A program made the position numbers and the translations under genes. DNA of 64,000 nt from an uncultured Verrucomicrobiota bacterium (GTDB taxonomy: Bacteria > Verrucomicrobiota > Verrucomicrobiia > Limisphaerales > J093): the NCBI GenBank assembly GCA_964396005.1, contig CAYNCT010000001.1, positions 19,679 through 83,678 on the forward strand, written 5' to 3'. The notes beneath the pieces are model-generated. The model saw only the letters and a list, made by a program, of their open reading frames with translations, searched no databases and was not told the DNA's origin. How positions within the stretch are numbered: the first letter of the stretch is position 1; every line of letters begins with the position of its first letter. Shown piece by piece: positions 45,645-55,289 of this stretch.

Positions 45645-46109
45645 TCATCCGATGCGGAAGGAGATCTTCGCCACCAACTCCGGCCCGAACGCGTGCTGCA
45701 AGCGCGCGAGGATTTCGCGTCGGCGATAGCGCACGATCTCGTCCAGCCAGACGCTGCTGTCCACGTTCACGAACAGGGTGCCGTTGCGAAGACCGGCCGG
45801 CTGCGCGTGGACCGCAACCGTCGGATCCACCAAGTGGTCCCACGCTGTGAACACTTCCGCTTCGGCCACGCGCCGGTCGAGATTCAGGTTGGCGATGACG
45901 CGACCCAGGACAACCGCCACAGACTGGCGGTTGTCGGCCCACGCCCGCTCGAGGGGTTCGAGATCAATCCCGCGCCACTCGGCCAGGACGGTTTGCCGGG
46001 CATCGCGAGACACCGGCGGTGTCGGCCGGGCTGCGAAGAACGGGCGCGGCACCGAGGATCGGAGCCGGACGGGGCGACGGTTGGCAGAATCTGAGCCGGA
46101 ACGATTCAA
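45645..46109 (-). CDS. DUF721 (DciA-like) domain protein
   Basis: 'VFTAWDHLVDPTVAVHAQPAGLRNGTLFVNVDSSVWLDEIVRYRRREILARL' matches the DUF721 pattern. The start is uncertain because the listed TTG start lies inside repeat copy C and internal GTG starts are possible. Confidence 0.6.
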   Translation of the reverse strand: MNRSGSDSANRRPVRLRSSVPRPFFAARPTPPVSRDARQTVLAEWRGIDLEPLERAWADNRQSVAVVLGRVIANLNLDRRVAEAEVFTAWDHLVDPTVAVHAQPAGLRNGTLFVNVDSSVWLDEIVRYRRREILARLQHAFGPELVAKISFRIG

Positions 46110-46288
46110 TTGAATTCAGGGTGGAACGGGCCACTGGCCCGTTCGGTTGGGCGACCCGCCCGGCCGTCGAACGCACGAGGCGGCCACTGAACCGTCTGCG
46201 GCTGCCGCGCGCCCGGCTGGGCGGCAAGTTGCCGCCCAGAACGGTCAGGTTGGCCGTGCCACCCAAAACCTACCGCCTCGTTCCGGCT
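46094..46288. repeat. 195-bp TIR-flanked intergenic repeat, copy C (perfect 11-bp TIR)
   Basis: Left end AGCCGGAACGA and right end TCGTTCCGGCT are exact reverse complements. The interior aligns with copies A and B. Confidence 0.85.
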
Positions 46289-46337
46289 GGGGGCAAGCGG
46301 AAGGCAGCGGTGGAGATGCGGGCAAGGCCCGACGGCT

Positions 46338-48413
46338 TCACGCCTTGGCCACCTTTTCGTCCAGAACCAGCACGCCGTGCGGGGGCAGGTCGTAGTTGCC
46401 GGTGAAGGTGTTGGCGGTGAGGTAGTCGTGCATGGGCTTGTAGAACGTGATCCGGACGGGCGTGCTCTGGTGATTGAGCAGGAAATAGATGCGGGTGTCG
46501 TCGCGCTGCCGCACGCTCACTTCGACGTTCTCCGGCACCTTCAAAAGCGCCGCGACGCCGCACAACTGCCGGAGCCAGTTGACGAGGTCGCCGTAAAACG
46601 CCTGGCCCGACATGAAGCCGACGTAGATGGCACGGCCGGCGCCGTAGGCGTTGGTGGTCAGCGCCGGGCGGCCGGCGTAAAAATCGCGGCCAAACGTCGC
46701 CAGCACCTCGCACTCGCGCGGCTCGATGAGGTCGCACCAGATGCGGGCCGTGTGCAGATGGGTGGTCGGAAACGCGCCCTTGAAGTTGAGGACGTTTTCC
46801 TCTTCCGGCGGGATCGGGTCGAATTCCTGCACCTCCAGCCCGAACAGGTCGGTCAGGTCGTGCGGGAAGCCCGTGTCCGGCGCGATGTCGTGTTCGTCCA
46901 CCAGCCCGGTGTTGAAGGTGCTCACGAGGGTGCCGCCGTTCTGCACATAGAGCTTCAGGCGGTCCGCCTCCCCGGCGTCGAGCAGGTGGAGCGAAGGGGC
47001 GAAGACGATCTTGTACTTCTGCAACGCGGCGGAGTCCTGGTCATCGCGAGGCGGGCGGGCGAAGTCCACCGGGATGTTTTTGTCATGGAGCGCGTTGTAG
47101 AAAAGCATCATGTGCTCGCGCAGCCGGAACGCCTTGGTGTGCTGTTGGGGCTGCTTAAGTTTCCACTCGTTGGGATGGCTGTGGAGGATGCAGGTCTCCG
47201 CGACCACCCGGGTGCCCTTGAGCACGGGCGCGAGCAGCTTCATCTCCTCGCCAATCTGGCTGATTTCGCGGAAGACGCGGTTGTCGCCGCGGCCGTCGTG
47301 GGTGAGGACGCCGCCATAGAACTTCTCGGAGCCGATGCGCGGCGAGCGCCAGAAGAAATACAGCACGCCGTCCGCGCCCCGCGACAGGAGCTGGTAGGTG
47401 AACAGGCGCACCACGCCGGGGCGGAGCAGCGAGTTGACGTCCTGCCAGTTCACGTTGCCGGCCTTCTGCTCGATGACCCAGAAGCCCTCGCCCCCGCCGG
47501 GCAGCCGGATGTTCGACCGCTTGAGCGAGCGCATGATGTCGAACTCGACGGCGTTCTCGGAGGGCTTGTGTTTGAGCGTGGCGTAGGTGTCGAGCGAAAC
47601 GAAATCGAGCGCCTCGGCCATGTCGAAATGGTCGTAATGCCGCGTCAGGGCGCGCAGGTTGGTGGTGACCGGGACCGCCGGCGTGATCTGGTGCAGGATG
47701 TCGGCCTGCATCCGCACGAACGAGACGCAGGTATCGCTGGCGAAGCGCATCCAATCGAGCACCAGCGCCGGGTTGTGAACGGTCGGCGCCACGCGGGGCA
47801 TCGGCACGTCCTCGAACCGGCTGACCACCTGGCCCCAGAAGCGCAAGCCCAGGCAGTTGTTCAAATTCTCGACCGTCTCGTATTTGGCCTGCAGCCAGCG
47901 ATGCCAGTCGCGCGCGGCGTCGTCGTTGAACGAGAACTCCGTGCCGTGGCCGCCGATGCCGTTGTCAATCTGCCAGGCGATGAGCTGCGGATGCCCGCCC
48001 AGCGCCCGGGCCAGGGCGGTGACGATGCCGGCAGCCTTCTGCCAGTAGAGGTCGCTGTTCATGCAGTAGGCGTGCCGGGTCCCCTCGTACCGTTTGAGAC
48101 CGTGCTCGTCCACCGGCAGGATTTCCGGATACTTGCGGGCCATCCACACCGGCGGCGCCGCAGTGGGCGTGCCGAGCACCACCTGGATCTGGTGCAGCTT
48201 CATCACGTCCATGGCGCGGCGCATCCACTCGAAATCGTACTGCCCCTCCTCGCGCTCGTAGAGCCCCCAGCAGAACTCCCCCATGCGGACGACGTTCACG
48301 CCGGCGGCGACCATCAACTGGGCGTCACGTTCCCAGCGCGCCTCCGGGTTCTGCTCGGTGCCGGCGTAGGGATAGACCCAGTGCTCCGGGTGGTAATCAA
48401 CGCCAAAGTACAT
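46338..48413 (-). CDS. Beta-galactosidase, glycoside hydrolase family 42
   Basis: 'MYFGVDYHPEHW', 'GVNVVRMGEFCW', 'VVLGTPTAAPPVWM' and 'WQIDNGIGGHG' are typical of GH42. Length is 691 aa. Confidence 0.9.
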   Translation of the reverse strand: MYFGVDYHPEHWVYPYAGTEQNPEARWERDAQLMVAAGVNVVRMGEFCWGLYEREEGQYDFEWMRRAMDVMKLHQIQVVLGTPTAAPPVWMARKYPEILPVDEHGLKRYEGTRHAYCMNSDLYWQKAAGIVTALARALGGHPQLIAWQIDNGIGGHGTEFSFNDDAARDWHRWLQAKYETVENLNNCLGLRFWGQVVSRFEDVPMPRVAPTVHNPALVLDWMRFASDTCVSFVRMQADILHQITPAVPVTTNLRALTRHYDHFDMAEALDFVSLDTYATLKHKPSENAVEFDIMRSLKRSNIRLPGGGEGFWVIEQKAGNVNWQDVNSLLRPGVVRLFTYQLLSRGADGVLYFFWRSPRIGSEKFYGGVLTHDGRGDNRVFREISQIGEEMKLLAPVLKGTRVVAETCILHSHPNEWKLKQPQQHTKAFRLREHMMLFYNALHDKNIPVDFARPPRDDQDSAALQKYKIVFAPSLHLLDAGEADRLKLYVQNGGTLVSTFNTGLVDEHDIAPDTGFPHDLTDLFGLEVQEFDPIPPEEENVLNFKGAFPTTHLHTARIWCDLIEPRECEVLATFGRDFYAGRPALTTNAYGAGRAIYVGFMSGQAFYGDLVNWLRQLCGVAALLKVPENVEVSVRQRDDTRIYFLLNHQSTPVRITFYKPMHDYLTANTFTGNYDLPPHGVLVLDEKVAKA

Positions 48414-48708
48414 CGGTTGCTGCGGGTTGGTTGATTGAGTTCAGGTTGGCCTTAAAGCTAAAGCGCGTCGCGACCGTGGCAACAGAAATCCCGGCCGCCC
48501 GGTGAAGCCGGGGTTGCCCCGATGCGATGGAAACCTGGCAGCCGGACATGGTCCGTTGCCCCCCGCGCTGGTATTGCCCGGGCCTTTCACCCTGAACACC
48601 ATCAGGCCGTTGGGCCTGGCCTTCTGAGGCTCGCTGGCGTTTATCGCCCTCCGGCCTGATGGCCGACCTGCTGACCGGCCGCGTCCGCACGCCAGCCTGA
48701 ACCGGGTA

Positions 48709-49020
48709 TTGCCACACGCAACAATCGGTCTTACCACCGTCGGCCTGACGACCGTTTCACCCAAACTGCCGGGGAGCCTGCTTCGGGAAATCGAGCAGGA
48801 AGCCGCGGCGCGTGGCGTGCCCAAGTCCGCCGTCCTCCGCGACAGCCTGGAACGCACGTTGCGAAGGGGCCGAGCGGCTAAAAAGAAAGTCTCGCGCCTG
48901 GTTCTTATGGGCGACTGGGGGGCCAGTTCCGCGGCCCGCCGGACACCTCGACCACCCCCCCGGTATCTCGAACCAGCCATCCTCGCCGGTCACCACCGTG
49001 GAAAAAAGAAATCTCGGTGA
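48709..49020 (+). CDS. Ribbon-helix-helix (CopG-like) antitoxin candidate
   Basis: 'VSPKLPGSLLREIEQEAAARGVPKSAVLRDSLERTL' fits the RHH beta-strand plus two helices. The stop overlaps the start of the downstream PIN gene (GTGATG). Confidence 0.55.
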   Translation: MPHATIGLTTVGLTTVSPKLPGSLLREIEQEAAARGVPKSAVLRDSLERTLRRGRAAKKKVSRLVLMGDWGASSAARRTPRPPPRYLEPAILAGHHRGKKKSR

Positions 49021-49421
49021 TGCCCGGCCCAACCAGCGCGTTGCTGAATGCCGGTGACAAACATCACGCAGGGACGCGTGAAGTCTGGGCGCGACTCGAA
49101 CCGCCGGTCCACACCTGCGAGGGGGTGCTCTCCGAAGCGCAACACGTGCTGAGACGGCCGGGGGAAAACCCGCGAGCCGAGCTGGAATTTTTGCGGCAGG
49201 GCGTCTTCAACGTGGCGTTCAGCGTCGAAGACGAGGTTGGGCGGTTGCTGGAACTCCAACGCACCTACGCAGACGTGCCGATGTCCCTGGCCGAAGCCTG
49301 CCTCGTGCGCGGGTCGGAGTTGCATGGACATTCCCGGGTGCTGACGACCGACCCGGATTTCCGCACCTACCGCCGCAACCGGCGGCAGGTGATCCCGCTG
49401 GTCGCCTCACCGCGCCTCTGA
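49017..49421 (+). CDS. PIN-domain (VapC-like) toxin candidate
   Basis: 'TSALLNAGDKHH', 'SLAEACLV' and 'VLTTDPDFRTYRR' resemble VapC. The expected first acidic residue (LDT...) reads 'GPT' here. Confidence 0.6.
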   Translation: MMPGPTSALLNAGDKHHAGTREVWARLEPPVHTCEGVLSEAQHVLRRPGENPRAELEFLRQGVFNVAFSVEDEVGRLLELQRTYADVPMSLAEACLVRGSELHGHSRVLTTDPDFRTYRRNRRQVIPLVASPRL

Positions 49422-49586
49422 CGGCCAGGGGGAAGTGCGCCAGAAACGACCCGGCCACCGGGAGCTTGCGGGCAGAGCCTCGGCACCCGCGCGAACCACG
49501 CCAGCGCTCCCGGCCGAATGCGACCCGGCCCCGACCCGGGCCCAGCGCGGCCCGGCAGATCGTGGCGGGTACCGCGCGGCTCGCGA

Positions 49587-52500
49587 TCATTGCCGGACCC
49601 GATAGAAGCGCGCGGCGAGCGTCGGCTGCAGGAGCAGGGGCGAACTGGCGTTCTCCTCGCCCCACGGCCCCACTACCGAGCCCGCTGATTCGAGGGTCCC
49701 GTTAGCCCAGGTGAGAACCACCTGACTGCCCTGGCGCGAGATGCTCAGGGTCGGCGGCTGCGTGGTCCGCGTGATCAGACCGTAGTGGGTCAGAATCTCC
49801 TCGGGCGTCAGCGGCCGGGGATAGACGGCGACTTCGTCCAGGTCGCCTTCAAAGTAGGCTGCCGGCTCGGGCGAGGTGAGTTGGTCGCCGCCGATGCTCA
49901 ACGGGCGAAGGTCGTTGACCGCAAACGGTCCGCCGCTCTTCCCGGCAAGCCGGCCGTTCACGTACAAGCGTTTGGTTTGGCCGTCGAAGGTCCCAACCAA
50001 ATGAGTCCAGGCTTCCGGTTCGATCTCCGGGCCGTCGGCCGCGTCCCAGCCGGACAAGTCGCCGCGGCCGGTGAGAAAACGCCAGCGGTTGGCGGGGCTG
50101 GCGACCAGGGCGTAGCCGCGTTGCGGCCCGTCCACGCGGGAAGTCACGGCCGCGCGCTGGGTGGCCGCCCCGCCGGTCACGCGCGCCCAAACCTCAACAC
50201 TGAATCGCGGCGGGTTGAGGGCCGGACTGAAGGGCACTTCGACGCGCGACGCGCCCGCGCGCACGAAGTGAGCGGCCGGGTTGTTCGAGTCCACGCCGGT
50301 AATTCCCAGCACCACGCCGCTCAGGTAGGTGCCCGGGCGACCGCCGGCAGCATCCAACGCGGTGACGCCGTTGGTCTCGCCGAGCCGCCAGTACGAGGCA
50401 GCCCCCGCCGCCCGGACCGCGTCCGCGTAGGAAGTGTCCGGGAGGGTCACGATGGTTAGCGAGGCCGCGTCGCTGAACCTGGCGCCGAGGGCGTTGCCGA
50501 CGCGGACGCGGTAGTTGCCGGCGTTTGCTTGGGTCACGTCGGCGAGGGTCAGGGTCGCGTTGGTTTGACCGGTCAGGTCGGCTCCATTGAACTGCCATTG
50601 GTAGGCCAGCGGGGGGCTGCCCGAGGCCAGGACCTGAAAAGTGACCGTGTAACCGGGGAAGGCGGCGAGCGAATCGGGCGACTCGAGAATGGCAGGCGGC
50701 AGCAGTCGGCCCACGCCGGCGCCGTAGTGAGCCACCACTCGGTCGGGGCTCAACGGATGGTCGTACAGCGCAACTTCGTCGAGGTCGCCGTCGAAGAAAG
50801 CGTCGCCAATCAGACCAGCGCCGCCGTCGAACGAATCGGCGCCCAAGCGCACCGGCCAACCGGTTGCCGGCAGGTAGGTGGCAGTAGCGTGCCCAACTTG
50901 CGCTCCATTCACGAACAACCGTTGCACGGCTCCGTCCCAAGTGCCGACGACATGCGCCCAAGCGCCCCGGGTAGCCGGCAGTCCGCTCACGACGCTGACG
51001 CCGGCCGGATCGGCCAGGGCAAACTCCCACCGCCCCGTGGGCGAGACTTCCAGTCGAAAGCCCCGCGAGGGTTGCCGGGCGAGGGAGCCGACCAGGGTGC
51101 GATGCGTGTTCGGCGCGTCCGCGAGGCGGGCCCAGGCTTCGACGCTAAACGGGGCGGCCAAGACGGGCAGTTCGGGCGGTGCTTCCACCCACGAGAAATA
51201 GCCCGCCGTGTACCAGAACGCCGTGTCGGGGTCGCCTGCCAGGGCACCGGGCTGCCCGAGGCCGACATTGCTGTAAACCTCGGCGTGATAGCCGGAGCTG
51301 GCGTCGCGGGCGACGAGGCCGGTGCGCTCGCCCAGCCGCCAGTACGCGAGCGGCCGGTCGGTCATAACGGCGGCCGGATAACTGTCGGGCGGCGGCACCT
51401 CGACCATGAGCCACGCGGCCTCGCTGAAGGTCGTCCCGCGCGAAGTAGCGACGCGGACGCGGTAGCTCCCGGCGTTGGTGAGCTGGAGGTTCGGAATCGA
51501 GAGGGCGGCGTTGGTCGCCTGGGCGAGGTCGGCGCCATTGCGCTGCCACTGATAGAGCAGATTCGTGCCGCCGGTCGCCACCACGGAGAAGCGCGCAGTG
51601 CCGCCGGCGTAATTGGTGGTCGGCCGCGGCGGCTCGAGAATGACCGGCCAGCCCTCCGGCTCGACGGTCAAGACCGCTTCAAAGCTGACGGCAGTGGCCG
51701 CGTCGTTGAACACGCGGGCGCGGTAGCTTCCCGCCTGGAGCAGGGTGAGGTTGGTCAGGATGAGGGACGAGGTGTTGGCGCCGGGCAAATCCACGCCGTT
51801 CCGCTGCCACTGGTAGCGGAGGGGAAGCGAACCGGCGGCGGCGACGGAGAAGGTGACCGTGGCACCGACATAGTTGGTCGCACTCACCGGATTTTCGACG
51901 ATCGTCGGACCGACGGGTTTGGGCGCGGGCCGGCCCGCCGCGAGGAAGTGATCGAGCACATCCCCGTCCGCCAACGCGTTGGTGTAGATGGCGACTTCAT
52001 CCACGTCCCCGCGGAGGAAGGCCGACCCCAAAGCCAGTTCGTTGCCGCCGGCCCCAATCCGCAAAGGACGGGCCGTGTTGGGAAGGAAGTTCGTGCGCTG
52101 GATGGCCACGAGCGTGGCGTCCACGTACAGGCGGGCAAACACGCCGTCGTAGGAAGCCACCAGATGCTCCCACTGGTTGCGGACGGTCGGCCCCGGCAGC
52201 AGCGCCGGTCCGGCCGATCCGGTGCCCAGCCAGAAGCGCCAGCGATCCGCGCCATCCTTGCCCAGCGCCCAGCCGCGGGCGCTCAGGGTATCTTCCAGGT
52301 CCCGACTGGAAACCGCCTCGCCGCCCGGCGGGCCGCCGAAGGTCGGGTTGGCCCAGCATTCGACGGTGAAGGTCGGGCAGTTGAGTGCGGGGAGAAAGGG
52401 GACCTCGATTTTATCGTCGGCACCATCGAACGCGGCGGCGGTGTTGGTGGGCGCCGTGAGCAACGCGCCGGGACGTCCGCCCTGGGTTCCGTTGAGGTAC

Positions 52501-53387
52501 TGCCCGTTGGCCGTCGAGCCCAGACTCCCGAGATTCACGGCCACGGTTGGCGCGGCCGGTGGTGGTTCGTTCAGGCGCCAGTAGCCGCGAGGTTGTGAGT
52601 TCATCACGAAGGCAGCGTAATTGGCCCCGGCCGAGAAATGCGCCCAAACCTCGCTCGCCGGCAGGGCGCGCCGGTAGATGGCCACCTCATCCAGACCGCC
52701 CGGGAAAAAGTCGGTCGGGACTCCGAAGGCACCGGACGACGCCCCGAGGCGCTGGGGGTTGGTCTGATTCATCTCGGCCCGGCCGTTCAGGGAGCCCGCA
52801 AGCTGACCATTGATGTAGAGGCGATTGGCGGCGGTGGTGCCGGCGCTCTCGTACACGCCCACGACATGCGTCCACTCGCCGATCCGGGCGGCCGGACCGG
52901 TCACGACGTTGAAGCCCTCGGACAGTGAGCCGCGCCCGGTGCGGAACTGCCAGCGACCGGCCTCGTCCACATAGAACACGTAGCCGAAGCGATTCGGACC
53001 GTTGACCTGCAAAGAGGAAACCGGACACCGGAGGCCCGTGCCGCCCGTGACCATGGCCCAGAACTCGATGGTGACCGTGAAGGCATCGTTGAGGGCGGGG
53101 TGGTTGGAAATCTCGGCGTGCTGCCCGGCGGACGGGCTGAAAAAAGCGGACGTGTCGGTGCTGTTGGGAATCGCCCCGGGTTGTCCCAGGGCCACGCCGC
53201 CGAGGTACGTGCCGTTGAGGCGCGCGCCCTCCGTGCCCCAATTGATCGCCGTCGAGGGCACGGGCGGGGGCGTTGGCTCAGTCAGCCGCCAATAGGCCAC
53301 CGGCCGGTTGGTTTGGACCTGCTCCTCATAACCGGCGAGCGCCGGGAGAGGCGCGAACAGCCAGGGAATCAACAACGCAGGTTTCAT
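49587..53387 (-). CDS. Giant secreted LamG-like (concanavalin A-like lectin) and Ig-like repeat protein
   Basis: Signal 'MKPALLIPWLFAPLPALAG'. At least four LamG-type modules end in 'LDEVA(I/V/L)Y'. Three Ig-like modules read 'YQWQ(R/F)NG.DL...AG.YRVRV'. Start moved to ATG 53387. Confidence 0.8.
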   Translation of the reverse strand: MKPALLIPWLFAPLPALAGYEEQVQTNRPVAYWRLTEPTPPPVPSTAINWGTEGARLNGTYLGGVALGQPGAIPNSTDTSAFFSPSAGQHAEISNHPALNDAFTVTIEFWAMVTGGTGLRCPVSSLQVNGPNRFGYVFYVDEAGRWQFRTGRGSLSEGFNVVTGPAARIGEWTHVVGVYESAGTTAANRLYINGQLAGSLNGRAEMNQTNPQRLGASSGAFGVPTDFFPGGLDEVAIYRRALPASEVWAHFSAGANYAAFVMNSQPRGYWRLNEPPPAAPTVAVNLGSLGSTANGQYLNGTQGGRPGALLTAPTNTAAAFDGADDKIEVPFLPALNCPTFTVECWANPTFGGPPGGEAVSSRDLEDTLSARGWALGKDGADRWRFWLGTGSAGPALLPGPTVRNQWEHLVASYDGVFARLYVDATLVAIQRTNFLPNTARPLRIGAGGNELALGSAFLRGDVDEVAIYTNALADGDVLDHFLAAGRPAPKPVGPTIVENPVSATNYVGATVTFSVAAAGSLPLRYQWQRNGVDLPGANTSSLILTNLTLLQAGSYRARVFNDAATAVSFEAVLTVEPEGWPVILEPPRPTTNYAGGTARFSVVATGGTNLLYQWQRNGADLAQATNAALSIPNLQLTNAGSYRVRVATSRGTTFSEAAWLMVEVPPPDSYPAAVMTDRPLAYWRLGERTGLVARDASSGYHAEVYSNVGLGQPGALAGDPDTAFWYTAGYFSWVEAPPELPVLAAPFSVEAWARLADAPNTHRTLVGSLARQPSRGFRLEVSPTGRWEFALADPAGVSVVSGLPATRGAWAHVVGTWDGAVQRLFVNGAQVGHATATYLPATGWPVRLGADSFDGGAGLIGDAFFDGDLDEVALYDHPLSPDRVVAHYGAGVGRLLPPAILESPDSLAAFPGYTVTFQVLASGSPPLAYQWQFNGADLTGQTNATLTLADVTQANAGNYRVRVGNALGARFSDAASLTIVTLPDTSYADAVRAAGAASYWRLGETNGVTALDAAGGRPGTYLSGVVLGITGVDSNNPAAHFVRAGASRVEVPFSPALNPPRFSVEVWARVTGGAATQRAAVTSRVDGPQRGYALVASPANRWRFLTGRGDLSGWDAADGPEIEPEAWTHLVGTFDGQTKRLYVNGRLAGKSGGPFAVNDLRPLSIGGDQLTSPEPAAYFEGDLDEVAVYPRPLTPEEILTHYGLITRTTQPPTLSISRQGSQVVLTWANGTLESAGSVVGPWGEENASSPLLLQPTLAARFYRVRQ

Positions 53388-53566
53388 TACGGGTGCCACC
53401 GCCTCCCCAATGAAACAACTTGCGGGCCAAAAGTCGCGCGGGAAGCGCGGGGCTTGACGTGGGGCGGGGCGCACCGGCGGCGGCAACAAATGGCGGGACC
53501 CCCGGCGACGATTGGGTCACACTGCCGCCGGGATCGCGCCACGCGCACACCAGGCCGGTCCTCGGA

Positions 53567-54490
53567 ATGAAGCATTACGTGTTCATTGACTACGCCACGC
53601 AGGGCTACATCGCCCTGGTCGGGGTGCTGACCCTGTTCTTCCACAATGCAACGGTGCCGGAGTGGCCGTGGCTCCTCGCCCTTCACGGGTTGGCGCTGGC
53701 GCTGGTTCACGGGCTGATTCAGTGGGGCGCGCGGTATCCGGACCAAACCGCGATCAATTTGTTGCGGCACTTTTATCCGGTACTGCTGTACACCGGGTTC
53801 TACCGCGAAACGGGGATGTTGAACCGCATGTTCGTACCGGACTACCTCGACGAGCACTTCATCCTGCTCGAACAGCGCCTCTTCGGCGGACAACCGTGTT
53901 TGCGGCTCATGCAGATGCTGCCGCACTTGTGGGTCAGCGAGGTGTTTTACGCCTCCTACTTTTCCTACTACGTGATGATCGTTGGGGTGGGGCTGGCGCT
54001 TTTCTGGAGGAGCCGGCAGCACTTCTTTCATTACGTCTCGGTGAATTCCTTTGTTTTTTACTGCTGTTACCTCACGTACATCCTGCTGCCGGTGATGGGG
54101 CCGCGGGCGTTTTTTCGGGAAATTGACGGCTTCGAACTGCCGGCGGCCATCCAGGCGCTGGCCGGAGATCCCAGCTATCCGGAAGCGGTGAAAGCCGGCC
54201 CCTTCTTCCTGCTCATGGCCTGGATCTACCGGAACTTCGAGAGCCCGGGCGCCGCGTTCCCGAGCAGCCACGTGGCCATCGCCCTCTGCACGGTCTGGTT
54301 TTCGTTCCGCTACCTGCCCCGCATCCGTTGGCCGCATCTGATTGTGGCCATGCTGCTGTGCATCTCGACGGTGTATTGCCGGTACCACTACGTTGTGGAT
54401 GTGATCGCCGGGGTGGCGACGATGGCGATCCTCGTGCCGCTCGGAGACTGGCTGTACCGGCGGTACGCCGGCCACCCGGAGGAGCGATAG
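53567..54490 (+). CDS. PAP2-superfamily membrane protein (phosphatase or sphingolipid-synthase-like)
   Basis: Polytopic membrane protein with C-terminal PAP2 motifs 'FPSSHVA' and 'RYHYVVDVIAG'. Start moved to ATG 53567. Confidence 0.7.
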   Translation: MKHYVFIDYATQGYIALVGVLTLFFHNATVPEWPWLLALHGLALALVHGLIQWGARYPDQTAINLLRHFYPVLLYTGFYRETGMLNRMFVPDYLDEHFILLEQRLFGGQPCLRLMQMLPHLWVSEVFYASYFSYYVMIVGVGLALFWRSRQHFFHYVSVNSFVFYCCYLTYILLPVMGPRAFFREIDGFELPAAIQALAGDPSYPEAVKAGPFFLLMAWIYRNFESPGAAFPSSHVAIALCTVWFSFRYLPRIRWPHLIVAMLLCISTVYCRYHYVVDVIAGVATMAILVPLGDWLYRRYAGHPEER

Positions 54491-54562
54491 TCGGACGCGC
54501 CGTGATGCTCGCCGCGTCGGGAAAACCTCGTGCGGCAGGGTCACGTGCCAGTTCCTTCGGAC

Positions 54563-54598
54563 CACAAAACAAAACGGCGGACCGTCTTCAGGTCCGCC
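54563..54598 (-). terminator. Rho-independent terminator downstream of rplI
   Basis: The minus strand reads GGCGGACC-TGAAGAC-GGTCCGCC followed by GTTTTGTTTTG. Confidence 0.75.
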
Positions 54599-54631
54599 GT
54601 GGAGATTCAGGCGCAACTTGCGCGGCTCGCG

Positions 54632-55240
54632 TCAGGCCTTCCGCTCCGCCTTCGGTTTGGCGACCTTCGCGGCCGGCTTCTCGCCGGCTCCGGCACGCGG
54701 CGCGCGGGCGGGACGCCCTTCCCGGTCGCGCGGCGGGCGACTCTCTTCGGCAGGCTTGGCCACCGGCGGGACAGGTTCGGCGGGCGTCGAGCTTTCGATC
54801 AACACCTTGAGCTTGGGCTTCACGTCGGCGTGAAGATGCAGGTCAACTTCGTGTTCCCCGAGCGAGCGCAGCGGTTGGTCGAGGTGAATCTTCTTCTTGT
54901 CGAGCGCCACGTCGCATTGCTTCTTGAGTTCGTCGGCAATCGTCCCGGAGGTGACGGACCCAAACATCCGGCCATCGGCGCCGGTCTTCACGGTAATCTT
55001 GAGGGTGATCTTGCTCAGGGAAGCGGCCAGCTCGTTCATCGAGTTCAGGTCGTGCGCTTCGCGGATGGCGCGACGCTGCCGGAGTGCTTCCAGGCGCCGC
55101 TTGTTGGCGGCGGTAAGCGGGATCGCCAGGCCTTGCGGCAGCAGGTAATTGCGCGCGTAGCCGGCCGCGACCTTCACGTGGTCGGATTCGGCGCCGAGGC
55201 CGACGATGTTGTGGGTAAGGATGACTTCGGTCTTTGCCAT
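54632..55240 (-). CDS. rplI: 50S ribosomal protein L9 with Lys/Pro/Ala-rich C-terminal extension
   Basis: 'MAKTEVILTHNIVGLGAESDHVKVAAGYARNYLLPQGLA' is a canonical L9 N-terminus. Start moved to ATG 55240. Confidence 0.9.
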   Translation of the reverse strand: MAKTEVILTHNIVGLGAESDHVKVAAGYARNYLLPQGLAIPLTAANKRRLEALRQRRAIREAHDLNSMNELAASLSKITLKITVKTGADGRMFGSVTSGTIADELKKQCDVALDKKKIHLDQPLRSLGEHEVDLHLHADVKPKLKVLIESSTPAEPVPPVAKPAEESRPPRDREGRPARAPRAGAGEKPAAKVAKPKAERKA

Positions 55241-55289
55241 ACGAAAGGGATCGGATTGAGCAGGGAGAGTGGCGTCAGGCCGGCGGTGA

